A stretch of 44,496 nt of DNA, from contig CALCQG010000058.1 in the NCBI GenBank assembly GCA_937897575.1, positions 1 to 44,496 of the forward strand. Reading direction: 5' to 3'. This document shows positions 25,913-34,718 of this stretch, piece by piece (the first letter of the stretch is position 1; every line of letters starts with the position of its first letter). The notes beneath the pieces are model-generated. The model did not search any database. It saw only the letters and a program-made list of their open reading frames with translations, and was not told the DNA's origin. Position numbers and translations under genes: made by a program. Source of the stretch: an uncultured Synergistales bacterium. Its GTDB lineage: Bacteria > Synergistota > Synergistia > Synergistales > Aminobacteriaceae.

Positions 25913-27340
25913 GTGAAAGCGGAGCGCCTCCTCAGCGTCGGAATCGACATCGGGACAACGACCATGTCCCTCGCCGTGAGCGCCGTCACAATCGGCAACA
26001 CGGTCCGGGGCATCGAGATTCCCCGGGTCAAGATCCTGTCGAAGGAGGTGCTCTTCCGGAGCACGCCGTGCTACACACCCTTTTTCCCGACGGGCGATAT
26101 CGACCAGGAGAGGGTCGAGGGATACCTTGCCGGACAGTGTGCCGCCGCCGGTGTTTCTCCGGACCAGATCGCCACGGGGGCGGTCATCGTGACTGGGCGG
26201 GCCGCCGAGGCTCGGAACGCTGAAGCCGTGGGGCAGGCCATCTCGAGAATTTCCGGGGTTTTTGTCGTGGCGACAGCAGGCGCTCATCTCGAAGCGGCTT
26301 TGAGTGGCCGGGGGGCGGGCATGGCGCAGTATTCGAAGGAGCACCACTGTCGCGTCCTGAACCTCGATATAGGCGGAGGGACGACGAACGCCGCCCTTTT
26401 CGACGACGGCGTCCTGGCGCGGACATTCTGCTTCAACATAGGGGGCCGGGTGGTGCAATTCGCGCCGAACTCCACGAGAATAGCTCAATATACGGAGCAC
26501 GGAGAGCAGGTTGCCGCACATGCCGGAGTGTCTCTGGCAATTGGAAGAGAGCTGGGACCGAGCGATATGGGGCGTTTGTCCGACCATCTGGCGGAAGCAC
26601 TGACATCCTTCGTACAGGGGCGTGCCGATGCATTGGCGCGAGTGCTCGCCATCGATACGGATATGGATCGTCCTGTGGGACCCGTCGACGCGGTCAGTTT
26701 TTCCGGCGGAGTCGGCCGTCTTTTCTACGAAGATGCCCGGGGCGAAACGCAGCTCCTTCAGTATGACGATTTGGGACCAAGTCTCGCGCAGCACCTTCGC
26801 CGGAAAGCATCGGTGGAGCATATCCCCGTCGTCCAACCTGAGGAGACGCTTTTTGCAACGGTCATCGGGGCGGGGATCCATACGGTCAACATCAGCGGTT
26901 CGACGATCTACCTGTCCAACGTGGAGGACCTCCCCCTTCGGGACAACCCCGTCGTCTCGCTGGGCGACATGGGTGCTCCCGACTGGAAGGATACTATGAG
27001 GGGCAAACTGCGGTCCTTTAGTGAGACGACGGGGTTGCTTCCGGTGCTCTTCTCGGGGAAAATAGGGGCGATCGGTTTTTCGGCGGTCCGGAGCATCGCC
27101 GACCGAATTGCCGAGATTACGAACGAGTTCGACCTCAGAGGCCCGCTCATCGTGGTGTGCGAGGACGACGTGGGAAAGATCCTCGGAGGTCTTCTTCGAA
27201 ATCGCGTTGCCTCCGGGCGGAGCATCGTGTCCATTGACCAACTGTTCGCCGAAGAGTTGGACTACATGGACATAGGAAAACCGCTCTACGGAGGGACCGT
27301 CGTTCCTGTAGTCGTGAAGACGCTGATCTTCTCCAACTGA
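25913..27340 (+). CDS. eutA: Ethanolamine ammonia-lyase reactivating factor
   Basis: LSVGIDIGTTT, TGAVIVTG, FVVATAG.HLEA.LSGRGAG, LDIGGGTTN, ATVIGAG, VPVVVKTLIF. Confidence 0.93.
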   Translation: MKAERLLSVGIDIGTTTMSLAVSAVTIGNTVRGIEIPRVKILSKEVLFRSTPCYTPFFPTGDIDQERVEGYLAGQCAAAGVSPDQIATGAVIVTGRAAEARNAEAVGQAISRISGVFVVATAGAHLEAALSGRGAGMAQYSKEHHCRVLNLDIGGGTTNAALFDDGVLARTFCFNIGGRVVQFAPNSTRIAQYTEHGEQVAAHAGVSLAIGRELGPSDMGRLSDHLAEALTSFVQGRADALARVLAIDTDMDRPVGPVDAVSFSGGVGRLFYEDARGETQLLQYDDLGPSLAQHLRRKASVEHIPVVQPEETLFATVIGAGIHTVNISGSTIYLSNVEDLPLRDNPVVSLGDMGAPDWKDTMRGKLRSFSETTGLLPVLFSGKIGAIGFSAVRSIADRIAEITNEFDLRGPLIVVCEDDVGKILGGLLRNRVASGRSIVSIDQLFAEELDYMDIGKPLYGGTVVPVVVKTLIFSN

Positions 27341-27373
27341 ACCTGCTGCCGACGATATTATGGAGGTCCCGTC

Positions 27374-28741
27374 ATGATCCTGCAGACGAAACTGAATGGG
27401 CACCACTACCGTTTCAAGGATATCAGAGAGGCCTTTGCGAAGGCCAACGAGGAGAAATCGGGGGACACTCTGGCGGAGCTCGGCGCATCGTCCGCCGAGG
27501 AGCGGGTCGCTGCGAAACAGGTTGTCGCGAACCTGACGCTTGCCGATATTCGCAATAACCCGGTCATCCCCTACGAATGCGACGAGGTGACGAGGGTCAT
27601 CCAGGACGGGGTGAACGAGTTCGCCTACGGAAAGATAAAGAGCTGGACCGTCGCCGAACTGAAGGAGTGGATTATGTCCGACGAGGCGGACGGAGAAAAG
27701 ATCGCCTGGGTCTCGAACGGTCTGACGAGCGAGATGGTGGCAGCCGTTGCGAAGATATGCTCCAATCTCGACCTCATATACGGGGCGAAGAAGATACAGA
27801 GAGTAAAGCATTGCAACACGACTGTGGGGCTGCCGGGGACGCTTGGTGTCCGGCTGCAGCCCAACCACCCCGTGGACGAGGTGCAGGGGGTTCTCGCGTC
27901 ATTGATGGAGGGGCTCTCCTACGGGTGCGGCGACACGGTCATCGGACTGAATCCGTGCATAGACGACGTTGAAAACATCGAGAGGCTCCTCAGGACCCTC
28001 CACGAGTTCATAGAGAAGTGGGCCATCCCCGCGCAGCATTGCGTGCTCGGGCATGTGACATCCCAGATGAAGGCCATCGAAGCGGGAGCACCAGTCGGCC
28101 TGACCTTTCAAAGCCTCGCCGGAAGTCAGAAGGGGTGCGAGGCCTTCGGCATCAGCGTGGCCATGCTCGACGAAGCATGGGAGTTGACGAAGAAATACGG
28201 CATCGGACGCGGCCCCAACTGCATGTACTTCGAGACGGGGCAGGGGTCGGAGCTCTCGTCCGAATCGCACCACGGCGTGGATCAGGTGACCCTGGAGGCG
28301 CGGTGCTACGGACTGGCAAAACGGTATGACCCTTTCATCGTGAACACGGTCGTGGGCTTCATCGGGCCGGAATACCTCTACGACAGCCGCCAGATCATCA
28401 GAGCGGGGCTCGAGGACCACTTCATGGGCAAGCTGTCGGGTATCTCCATGGGCTGTGACTGCTGCTACACGAATCATATGCAGGCCGATCAGAATGATGT
28501 GGAGAACCTTCAGGTGCTCCTGGCGGCGGCGGGATGCAACTTTATCGTGACCGTTCCCATGGGGGACGACGTCATGCTGAACTATCAGAGCGCCTCGTAC
28601 CATGATGCCGCGACCGTCCGTCAGGGACTGGGGCTTCGGCCCGCCCCGGAGTTCGAGACCTGGCTCGAGACGATGGGCATCATGGAGGAGGGAATCCTGA
28701 CGAAGAAAGCTGGCGACCTTTCCCTGTTCCTGGGAAAGTGA
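27374..28741 (+). CDS. eutB: Ethanolamine ammonia-lyase large subunit
   Basis: AKANEEKSGD, RLQPNHP, IGLNP, MYFETGQGSELS, NTVVGFIGPEYL, CDCCYTNH, DDVMLNYQ. Confidence 0.97.
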   Translation: MILQTKLNGHHYRFKDIREAFAKANEEKSGDTLAELGASSAEERVAAKQVVANLTLADIRNNPVIPYECDEVTRVIQDGVNEFAYGKIKSWTVAELKEWIMSDEADGEKIAWVSNGLTSEMVAAVAKICSNLDLIYGAKKIQRVKHCNTTVGLPGTLGVRLQPNHPVDEVQGVLASLMEGLSYGCGDTVIGLNPCIDDVENIERLLRTLHEFIEKWAIPAQHCVLGHVTSQMKAIEAGAPVGLTFQSLAGSQKGCEAFGISVAMLDEAWELTKKYGIGRGPNCMYFETGQGSELSSESHHGVDQVTLEARCYGLAKRYDPFIVNTVVGFIGPEYLYDSRQIIRAGLEDHFMGKLSGISMGCDCCYTNHMQADQNDVENLQVLLAAAGCNFIVTVPMGDDVMLNYQSASYHDAATVRQGLGLRPAPEFETWLETMGIMEEGILTKKAGDLSLFLGK

Positions 28742-28761
28742 CCGATCGGGAGGGCAGTGTC

Positions 28762-29628
28762 ATGGATGAGAGGGCGATCGAGAAGATAGTCCGGCAAGTA
28801 CTGGCGGAGCTGAAAGGAGAATCCTCTCCGATGCAGGGGGCCGTCCCGTCGGGCGGCTTGGACCCGGAACTGCCGGACCTCAAAGAGCACGATCTCTACT
28901 CGTGGACATCAGTCCCGAAGCCGATGAACGAAGAGGGGCTGAAAATAGCGGCGGGGAATACTCCGGCCCGGGTCGGAGTCTGGCGTTCGGGCCCGCGGCC
29001 CAAGGTGGATCATTGGCTCCGGTTCAGGGCAGACCATGCGGCGGCCAACGACGCGGTGCTCCGAGAAGTCCCCGAAGGACTTTTCGACGACTTGGGCTAC
29101 TTCGAGGTCCTATCGCAGGCTCAAAGCAAAGACGACTACCTCACTCGCCCCGATCTGGGCCGCCTGCTCTCGGATGAAGGATCTGAAAACATCCGGACGA
29201 ACTGTCCCATGGGCGCGGAGGTGCAGATCATCGTGGCCGATGGGCTCAGCTCCTTGGCTGTCGAGCGGAATGCTCCGGAGTTCATTCCGGCCTTCGAGGA
29301 GGTCGTCAAGAGCTACGGTTTGAAGACGGGGCAGGGTTTCTTCGTCCGACACGGCAGAGTGGGCATCATGAACGCCGTTGGAGAGCTCCTGGCGCCGGAG
29401 GTTCTGCTGCTGCTCATCGGGGAACGCCCCGGGTTGGTCACGGCGGAGAGCATGAGCGCCTATATCTGTTACAAACCGACGCGGCAGACGATAGAATCCG
29501 ACCGTTCGCTCGTCTCGAACATCCATCCCGGCGGGATACCGGCCATCGAGGCGGCAGCGCACGTGGCGGAGCTCGTGAAGACCATACACGAGGCTCGGGC
29601 GAGCGGTTTGAACCTTCGCAAGGCATGA
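28762..29628 (+). CDS. eutC: Ethanolamine ammonia-lyase small subunit
   Basis: TPARVG..R.GPR, LRFRADHA.A.DAV, YLTRPDLGR, ADGLSS, IGERPGL..AESMSAY, SNIH; alternative GTG start at 28738. Confidence 0.96.
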   Translation: MDERAIEKIVRQVLAELKGESSPMQGAVPSGGLDPELPDLKEHDLYSWTSVPKPMNEEGLKIAAGNTPARVGVWRSGPRPKVDHWLRFRADHAAANDAVLREVPEGLFDDLGYFEVLSQAQSKDDYLTRPDLGRLLSDEGSENIRTNCPMGAEVQIIVADGLSSLAVERNAPEFIPAFEEVVKSYGLKTGQGFFVRHGRVGIMNAVGELLAPEVLLLLIGERPGLVTAESMSAYICYKPTRQTIESDRSLVSNIHPGGIPAIEAAAHVAELVKTIHEARASGLNLRKA

Positions 29629-29654
29629 TCTGAAGGGGGAAGGAGAGGGACGCC

Positions 29655-30305
29655 ATGTACGGATACGCTCCTGTGAAGGCCAAGGTCCTTGCGGTCCGCA
29701 TCATCCCGAATGTGGATGACGCCATGAAAAAAGCCCTCGCGCTTTCTCCGGAGCACCGGAGCATAGGGATGATGACCGTGACCATAGACGACGTGGGGTA
29801 TACGGCCGTGGACGAGGCCACCAAGAAGGCCCGGGTTCAGGTCGTTTACGCCAAGTCCTTCTATGCCGGGTCCGCCCACGCGTCGGGCCCCCTGTCGGGA
29901 GAGTTCATCGGCATCCTTGCCGGGCCGGACCCTGCGGAGGTCGAAAGCGGGCTGAATGCGGCCGTCTTCTTTGCGGAGAACGAGGCAGCCTTCTTTGCCG
30001 CCGATCCCGAGGGGCAGATCGCTTTTTATGCCCACTGCGTCTCGCGGACGGGAAGTTACCTCTCCTCAGCCGCCGGAATTCCGGAGGGAGCACCTCTTGC
30101 CTATCTGATTGCTCCCCCTCTGGAGGCCATGTTCGGGCTCGATGCAGCGCTGAAGGCCGCGAACGTCCGGATGGCAAGCTTTTTCGGGCCGCCGAGCGAG
30201 ACGAACTTCGGCGGAGGGTTGTTGACGGGAACGCAGGCCGACTGTCAGGCTGCCTGTGATGCCTTTGCATCGGCCGTCATGGATGTCGCCTCCAGGCCGA
30301 GGTAA
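29655..30305 (+). CDS. eutL: BMC-T shell protein EutL
   Basis: DDVGYTAVDEATK, SFYAGS, LSGEFIGILAG, AYLIAPPLEA, PPSETNFGGGLLTG. Confidence 0.95.
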   Translation: MYGYAPVKAKVLAVRIIPNVDDAMKKALALSPEHRSIGMMTVTIDDVGYTAVDEATKKARVQVVYAKSFYAGSAHASGPLSGEFIGILAGPDPAEVESGLNAAVFFAENEAAFFAADPEGQIAFYAHCVSRTGSYLSSAAGIPEGAPLAYLIAPPLEAMFGLDAALKAANVRMASFFGPPSETNFGGGLLTGTQADCQAACDAFASAVMDVASRPR

Positions 30306-30314
30306 GGAGAGGGG

Positions 30315-30851
30315 ATGCCCATGCTGAGGAAGAGCGCCGTGGGGTTGCTGGAGACAAGAGGACTGCTCGGGGCCATAGCGTCGCTTGACGCAGCCCTCAA
30401 GACGTCGTCCGTCCGGCTCGCCTCCTTCAGCAGAGTTCGCGGAGGGAGGATCTCCTTCATCATCGAGGGCGACATTGCCGCGGTTCAGTCGGCCATCGAC
30501 GCGGCGGCAACGATGGCCGAGACGCTCCGTTGTCTGAGAGGGCGTCATGTGATCCCCTCCCCTGACGAGCAGGTCGGGAGCATGCTGCGTCGGCACGATG
30601 TCTATGAACTGGGTGTGCAACTGTCTACTGGGGCGGAGGTACCACCCGTTAGGGAGCACCGCGACGGCGACGAGGCGAACGACCGATCACCCCGTGGAGT
30701 GGACGGGCTGAGGAACCTTCGGACAACGGTTTTGAGAAGAATGCTGCGAGACTGCAACGACGGGCGGTACGACGGGAGAGCCATATCGCGTATGCGCAAG
30801 GAAGAGCTTCTGGGCATATTGGCCGCGATGCACGGTACGAAGCGGCCGTGA
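30315..30851 (+). CDS. BMC-H shell protein with C-terminal extension
   Basis: AVGLLETRGL.GAI...DAALK, GDIAAVQSA, HVIPSP; ~85-aa C-terminal tail. Confidence 0.88.
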   Translation: MPMLRKSAVGLLETRGLLGAIASLDAALKTSSVRLASFSRVRGGRISFIIEGDIAAVQSAIDAAATMAETLRCLRGRHVIPSPDEQVGSMLRRHDVYELGVQLSTGAEVPPVREHRDGDEANDRSPRGVDGLRNLRTTVLRRMLRDCNDGRYDGRAISRMRKEELLGILAAMHGTKRP

Positions 30852-31573
30852 TGGTGGAGGAGCGAAGAGTGGGACTCATCACCGAGGACGATCTCCGTCG
30901 TGAACTCGGAGGCAGAGAGGACGTGCGGGAGTACGCCCTCCCTGCAGGGGTCATCATTACCCCGGCCGCCCGGACGTACCTTGCGGACCGGAAGATCGCC
31001 CTGCGAACGTCCGGTCCGGAGCGAAACCGGCCGAAAAAACCGGAGCACAGGACCCATCTCGACGGTGGTACCCTGGTGTCGAAGTCTCATGGGCGGATCC
31101 GGTTTCGGGGAAAACTTGACTCCCTGGAGTCGAAGATCATCCTCGCACAGGTTCGGATGGCGCAGATGGGACAGTCGCAGCTCGTGCGCGACCTTCAGGA
31201 GTTGCTGGTCATCGTACGCTCCGTTCTGAGGGCCGAGGTGCTGGATATTCCTCTGGAGCCCGTGGCGCTTCTCGGCATGACGGAGGAAGAGCTGCACGAT
31301 GTCTCGCACCACCCTGAGGCGCGGTTGAACGTGTCCCATTTCGTCCCCGAGTACACCATGGGAGAGGAGATGGCGCTGTTGAACTGGCTGAGGACGGAGG
31401 TCCGCGAGACAGAGCTGGCGGCATACGGCGCCTTTGCCGAGGGAACGGATAACAGAGCGCCAGGGCGGCCTGATGTTCTGAGAGTGTTGAACCGCTTGAG
31501 CAGTGCGGTGTATGTCATGATGTGCCGCCTGAAGGGCGGCGCTTGCACGAGGGAAGGTGAGATCGATGGATGA
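30848..31573 (+). CDS. eutT: Cobalamin adenosyltransferase, EutT-type
   Basis: IITPAAR.YL, KPEHRTHL, K.H.RI.FRGKLDSLE, SHHP, LRTEVRETEL, LNRLSSAVY. Confidence 0.9.
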   Translation: MMVEERRVGLITEDDLRRELGGREDVREYALPAGVIITPAARTYLADRKIALRTSGPERNRPKKPEHRTHLDGGTLVSKSHGRIRFRGKLDSLESKIILAQVRMAQMGQSQLVRDLQELLVIVRSVLRAEVLDIPLEPVALLGMTEEELHDVSHHPEARLNVSHFVPEYTMGEEMALLNWLRTEVRETELAAYGAFAEGTDNRAPGRPDVLRVLNRLSSAVYVMMCRLKGGACTREGEIDG

Positions 31574-32300
31574 GATGCAGATTCAGCGCATCGTGCAGCG
31601 CGTGCTGAAGGAAGTCGCGGGGACGATGCCGGCAAACGCAGAAAGGGTCCGTGCGCCCTCTCTCGTGGTCTTCTTCTGCGGATGCCCCGGTGATCTTGAA
31701 AAGGTCGCCGACGAATTGAAGGTCGTCAGAGAGAAGTACCACCTTGTCGCGGGGTTTTCGCCGGCGGCGGAGTCGTTGATCGGACGCGAGCGCCTGGGGG
31801 CCATGGTCGACGAATTGTTGTCCGGCAAGGACCTCCATGATGCCGTGGGTTCAGCGGAGGCCGTGCTCTTCCCGAATCTCTCCCAGAACACGGCGGCCAA
31901 GGTCCTGTGCGGAATCCGCGATTCCCTCGGCAGTGACGTCATGGCCTATGCCCTTCAAAGAGGCGGGAGGGTCCTTGCCGCCAGAGACTGTATCTGCCCC
32001 GGAGAGAAAAAGGACCCATACTCCGTCTTTCTGCGGCGCATGCTGGAGGGCATCGAAAAGCTCGGCGTAGAGCTCTATTCGAGCGGAACCCTCGGGGCTC
32101 GTCTTACAAAAGAAGAGAGTGTGCCGGCCTCGCAGAACCGTCGCGGACGTGGCCGCCCTGTGGTGACCGTGGCTGATGTCCACGAAGCGAGCGCCGCCGG
32201 GTTCGGCAGCTTGTCCATTCCGAAGGACGCCATCGTGACGTCCCTCGCCCGGGATGAGGCGAACAAGCTGCGGGTGGCGATAAACAGGGAGGGTCTCTAA
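31566..32300 (+). CDS. BMC-associated flavoprotein (HFCD-like) with N-terminal encapsulation peptide
   Basis: FSPAA, PNLSQNTAAKVLCGIRD; C-terminal VVTVADV...AIVTSLARD motif; located inside the eut locus. Confidence 0.75.
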   Translation: MDEMQIQRIVQRVLKEVAGTMPANAERVRAPSLVVFFCGCPGDLEKVADELKVVREKYHLVAGFSPAAESLIGRERLGAMVDELLSGKDLHDAVGSAEAVLFPNLSQNTAAKVLCGIRDSLGSDVMAYALQRGGRVLAARDCICPGEKKDPYSVFLRRMLEGIEKLGVELYSSGTLGARLTKEESVPASQNRRGRGRPVVTVADVHEASAAGFGSLSIPKDAIVTSLARDEANKLRVAINREGL

Positions 32301-32359
32301 GCCCTCAGTCCGCGAAAAACGGATTTATCCTGGGATGACGGAAAAAGGGGTGATGCCTT

Positions 32360-33910
32360 TTGGAGCTGGATAGAGATTTGGCAATGATTCAGGAGGTCCG
32401 CGACCTGGTGCGCGCGGCAAACAAGGCGCAGAAAGTGCTCGGAGCCATGTCGCAGGAGCAGATCGACCGCGTCGTGGCCGCCATGTGCGAGGCGGGAGCA
32501 CGGGATGCCGTCCGGCTTGCCGAGATGGCCGTCGAGGAAACAGGAATCGGACGGGTGGAGGACAAGGTCCTCAAGAATCTTTTCGCCACGACGTACCTGT
32601 ATGAGCACATCAAGGACATGAAGACGGCGGGTGTGGTAGCCCACGACCGGCAGAACGGGGTCGTGGAGATCGCCGTCCCGATGGGGGTCGTCGGAGCTGT
32701 GAGCCCCACCACGAACCCGACATCGACGGCGCTGAACAACGCTATCATCGCCGTCAAGGCCCGCAACGCCCTGGTGCTCAGCCCTCATCCGAGAAGCAAG
32801 AAGTGCACCCGCGAAGCCCTTGAAACTGTTCGGAAGGCGGCGGTTCAAGCCGGTGCTCCCGAAGGGTGTCTAGGGTGCATCTCCGACCCGGGCATCGCCG
32901 CGACGGAGGAGCTCATGCGAAACGACGGCGTCTCCGTCATCATTGCAACGGGAGGCCCGGGCATCGTCAAGGCCGCCTACAGTTCGGGGAAGCCCGCCTT
33001 TGGCGTGGGAGCCGGCAATGCGCCCTGCTACGTGGAACGTTCGGCCGACATTGCGGCTGCGGCGAAGCTGATCGTTCAGAGCAAGAGCTTCGACAACAGT
33101 ACGATCTGCGCGTCGGAGCAGTCGGTGCTCTGTGATTCGTCGGTCTGCGCGAAAGTCCGGTCTGAGCTGGAGAAAAACGGCGCCTACTTCATGTCGGATG
33201 ATGAACGTGTGAGTTTGGAGAAGATCCTGCTGACCCCGGATAACGGGATGATAGCATCCTCCGTGGGGCGCTCAGCGGAGACGCTTGCGAAGATGGCGGG
33301 CTTCTCCATCCCCAAGGGGACGCTGGTGCTCGTCGGGAAGATTCAGGGGATTGGCAAGGGCTACCCCCTGTCCTACGAGAAACTCAGCCCCGTGCTCGCC
33401 TTCTACGAGGTGAAGGACTGGGAGGAGGCATGCTCCCACGCGATCCATCTCCTGGAGCTCGGAGGTCTGGGGCACACCATGGCCCTCCACTCCACGGACG
33501 AAAGGATCATCATGGAGTTTGCCAACCGCAAGCCGGCGATGCGCATTCTGGTCAACACCCTTTCCTCCCTCGGAGGAGTCGGCGGGACGACGGGGCTCTT
33601 TCCCGCCCTCACACTGGGGTGCGGGACGGGCGGCGGCAACATCATATCGGACAACCTGGGCCCTCAGCATCTTGTCAACCGCAAGCGGCTCGCCTACGGG
33701 CAGCGGGATGTGGAGGAGCTGAAAAGACGGTTGCTCTCCGGTACGAATATCGCCGCTGCCCCATCGGCCTCGCCGGTGGAGAAAACCGCCGCTGTCAGGG
33801 AGCAGGAGCAGCAGGCATCGTCCCGGAACGCCGCAGATGAACAGGGGATGTCCGAAGAGGAGCTCGTCCGAAGGATCGTGGGGGAGGTTTTCAAGAAACT
33901 GGAACGATAA
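32360..33910 (+). CDS. eutE: CoA-acylating acetaldehyde dehydrogenase with C-terminal encapsulation peptide
   Basis: EETGIGRVEDK..KN, P.TNPTST, ATGGPG.VKAAYSSGKPA.GVGAGN, FDNSTICASEQ, EKLSP, TLGCGT. Confidence 0.93.
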   Translation: MELDRDLAMIQEVRDLVRAANKAQKVLGAMSQEQIDRVVAAMCEAGARDAVRLAEMAVEETGIGRVEDKVLKNLFATTYLYEHIKDMKTAGVVAHDRQNGVVEIAVPMGVVGAVSPTTNPTSTALNNAIIAVKARNALVLSPHPRSKKCTREALETVRKAAVQAGAPEGCLGCISDPGIAATEELMRNDGVSVIIATGGPGIVKAAYSSGKPAFGVGAGNAPCYVERSADIAAAAKLIVQSKSFDNSTICASEQSVLCDSSVCAKVRSELEKNGAYFMSDDERVSLEKILLTPDNGMIASSVGRSAETLAKMAGFSIPKGTLVLVGKIQGIGKGYPLSYEKLSPVLAFYEVKDWEEACSHAIHLLELGGLGHTMALHSTDERIIMEFANRKPAMRILVNTLSSLGGVGGTTGLFPALTLGCGTGGGNIISDNLGPQHLVNRKRLAYGQRDVEELKRRLLSGTNIAAAPSASPVEKTAAVREQEQQASSRNAADEQGMSEEELVRRIVGEVFKKLER

Positions 33911-33986
33911 GGAAACAGAACGGGAGCACCGATAGGCGAACATCCAGGCAATGAGAAATCTATTCGAAGAAAAGGGGGATTTTGCA

Positions 33987-34280
33987 ATGAATCAGGATCA
34001 GATCGCGCTCGGAATGGTTGAGACGAAGGGCTTGGTGGGTGCCATCGAGGCGGCGGACGCCATGGTCAAGGCGGCGAACGTGAAACTCATAGGGAAGGTT
34101 CATGTGGGCGGCGGGCTCGTGACGGTCATGGTCCGTGGCGATGTGGGCGCAGTCAAAGCGGCCACCGACGCAGGCGCTGCCGCAGCGACGAAGGTGGGCG
34201 AGCTCCTGTCCGTCCATGTCATCCCCAGGCCCCACTCCGATGTGGAGTACATTCTTCCTGTGCTTGAGGGGAAGGAATAA
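33987..34280 (+). CDS. eutM: BMC-H major shell protein (EutM/PduA-like)
   Basis: [26 protein letters not shown]...[23 protein letters not shown]...HVIPRPH. Confidence 0.95.
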   Translation: MNQDQIALGMVETKGLVGAIEAADAMVKAANVKLIGKVHVGGGLVTVMVRGDVGAVKAATDAGAAAATKVGELLSVHVIPRPHSDVEYILPVLEGKE

Positions 34281-34418
34281 ACAGGGAGCACCCTTTCTCG
34301 GAGCGTCCGTCCGGCAGGGAGCGAAACGCGCCGTTCTGTGCTCCTTTCGGGGAGAGAAGGTCCGTGAGCGGAGGCCACTTATGCACTGCCCGAGTGCATA
34401 TGGAAGGAGCTGTGTGCC

Positions 34419-34706
34419 ATGAAAATCGGAAAAGTGATAGGGAACGTCGTCGCCACGAGAAAGGACGAACGGCTGGTTGGCTATAAGCTTCTGATCATCC
34501 GGGAGATGGTTCCCGACGGTACGGGCTCGCTGCAGTCCGTCGAGGGCGCGGTTGGAACGTCGGTGGTCGTCGACCTGGTAGGGGCAGGCGTGGGCGAGAT
34601 GGTGATATTTTGCTCCGGGAGCACAGCTCGCGCGTCGGCAGGAGACGGTCGTGCTCCCATCGATGGGGCGATCGTGGGCATTATCGACACGGTGGATGTG
34701 TACTGA
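34419..34706 (+). CDS. eutN: BMC-P vertex protein (EutN/CcmL)
   Basis: MKIGKVIGNVVATRK...GYKLL, D.VGAGVGE.V, GS.AR, PIDGAIVGIID. Confidence 0.95.
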   Translation: MKIGKVIGNVVATRKDERLVGYKLLIIREMVPDGTGSLQSVEGAVGTSVVVDLVGAGVGEMVIFCSGSTARASAGDGRAPIDGAIVGIIDTVDVY

Positions 34707-34718
34707 CGCGAGGTTGTC

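Noticed and set aside
34281..34418. Cobalamin riboswitch suggested by GCCACT...GGAAGG
   Set aside because: The other B12-element motifs are missing. The GGAAGG is part of the eutN RBS after a simple TATGCACT/AGTGCATA hairpin.
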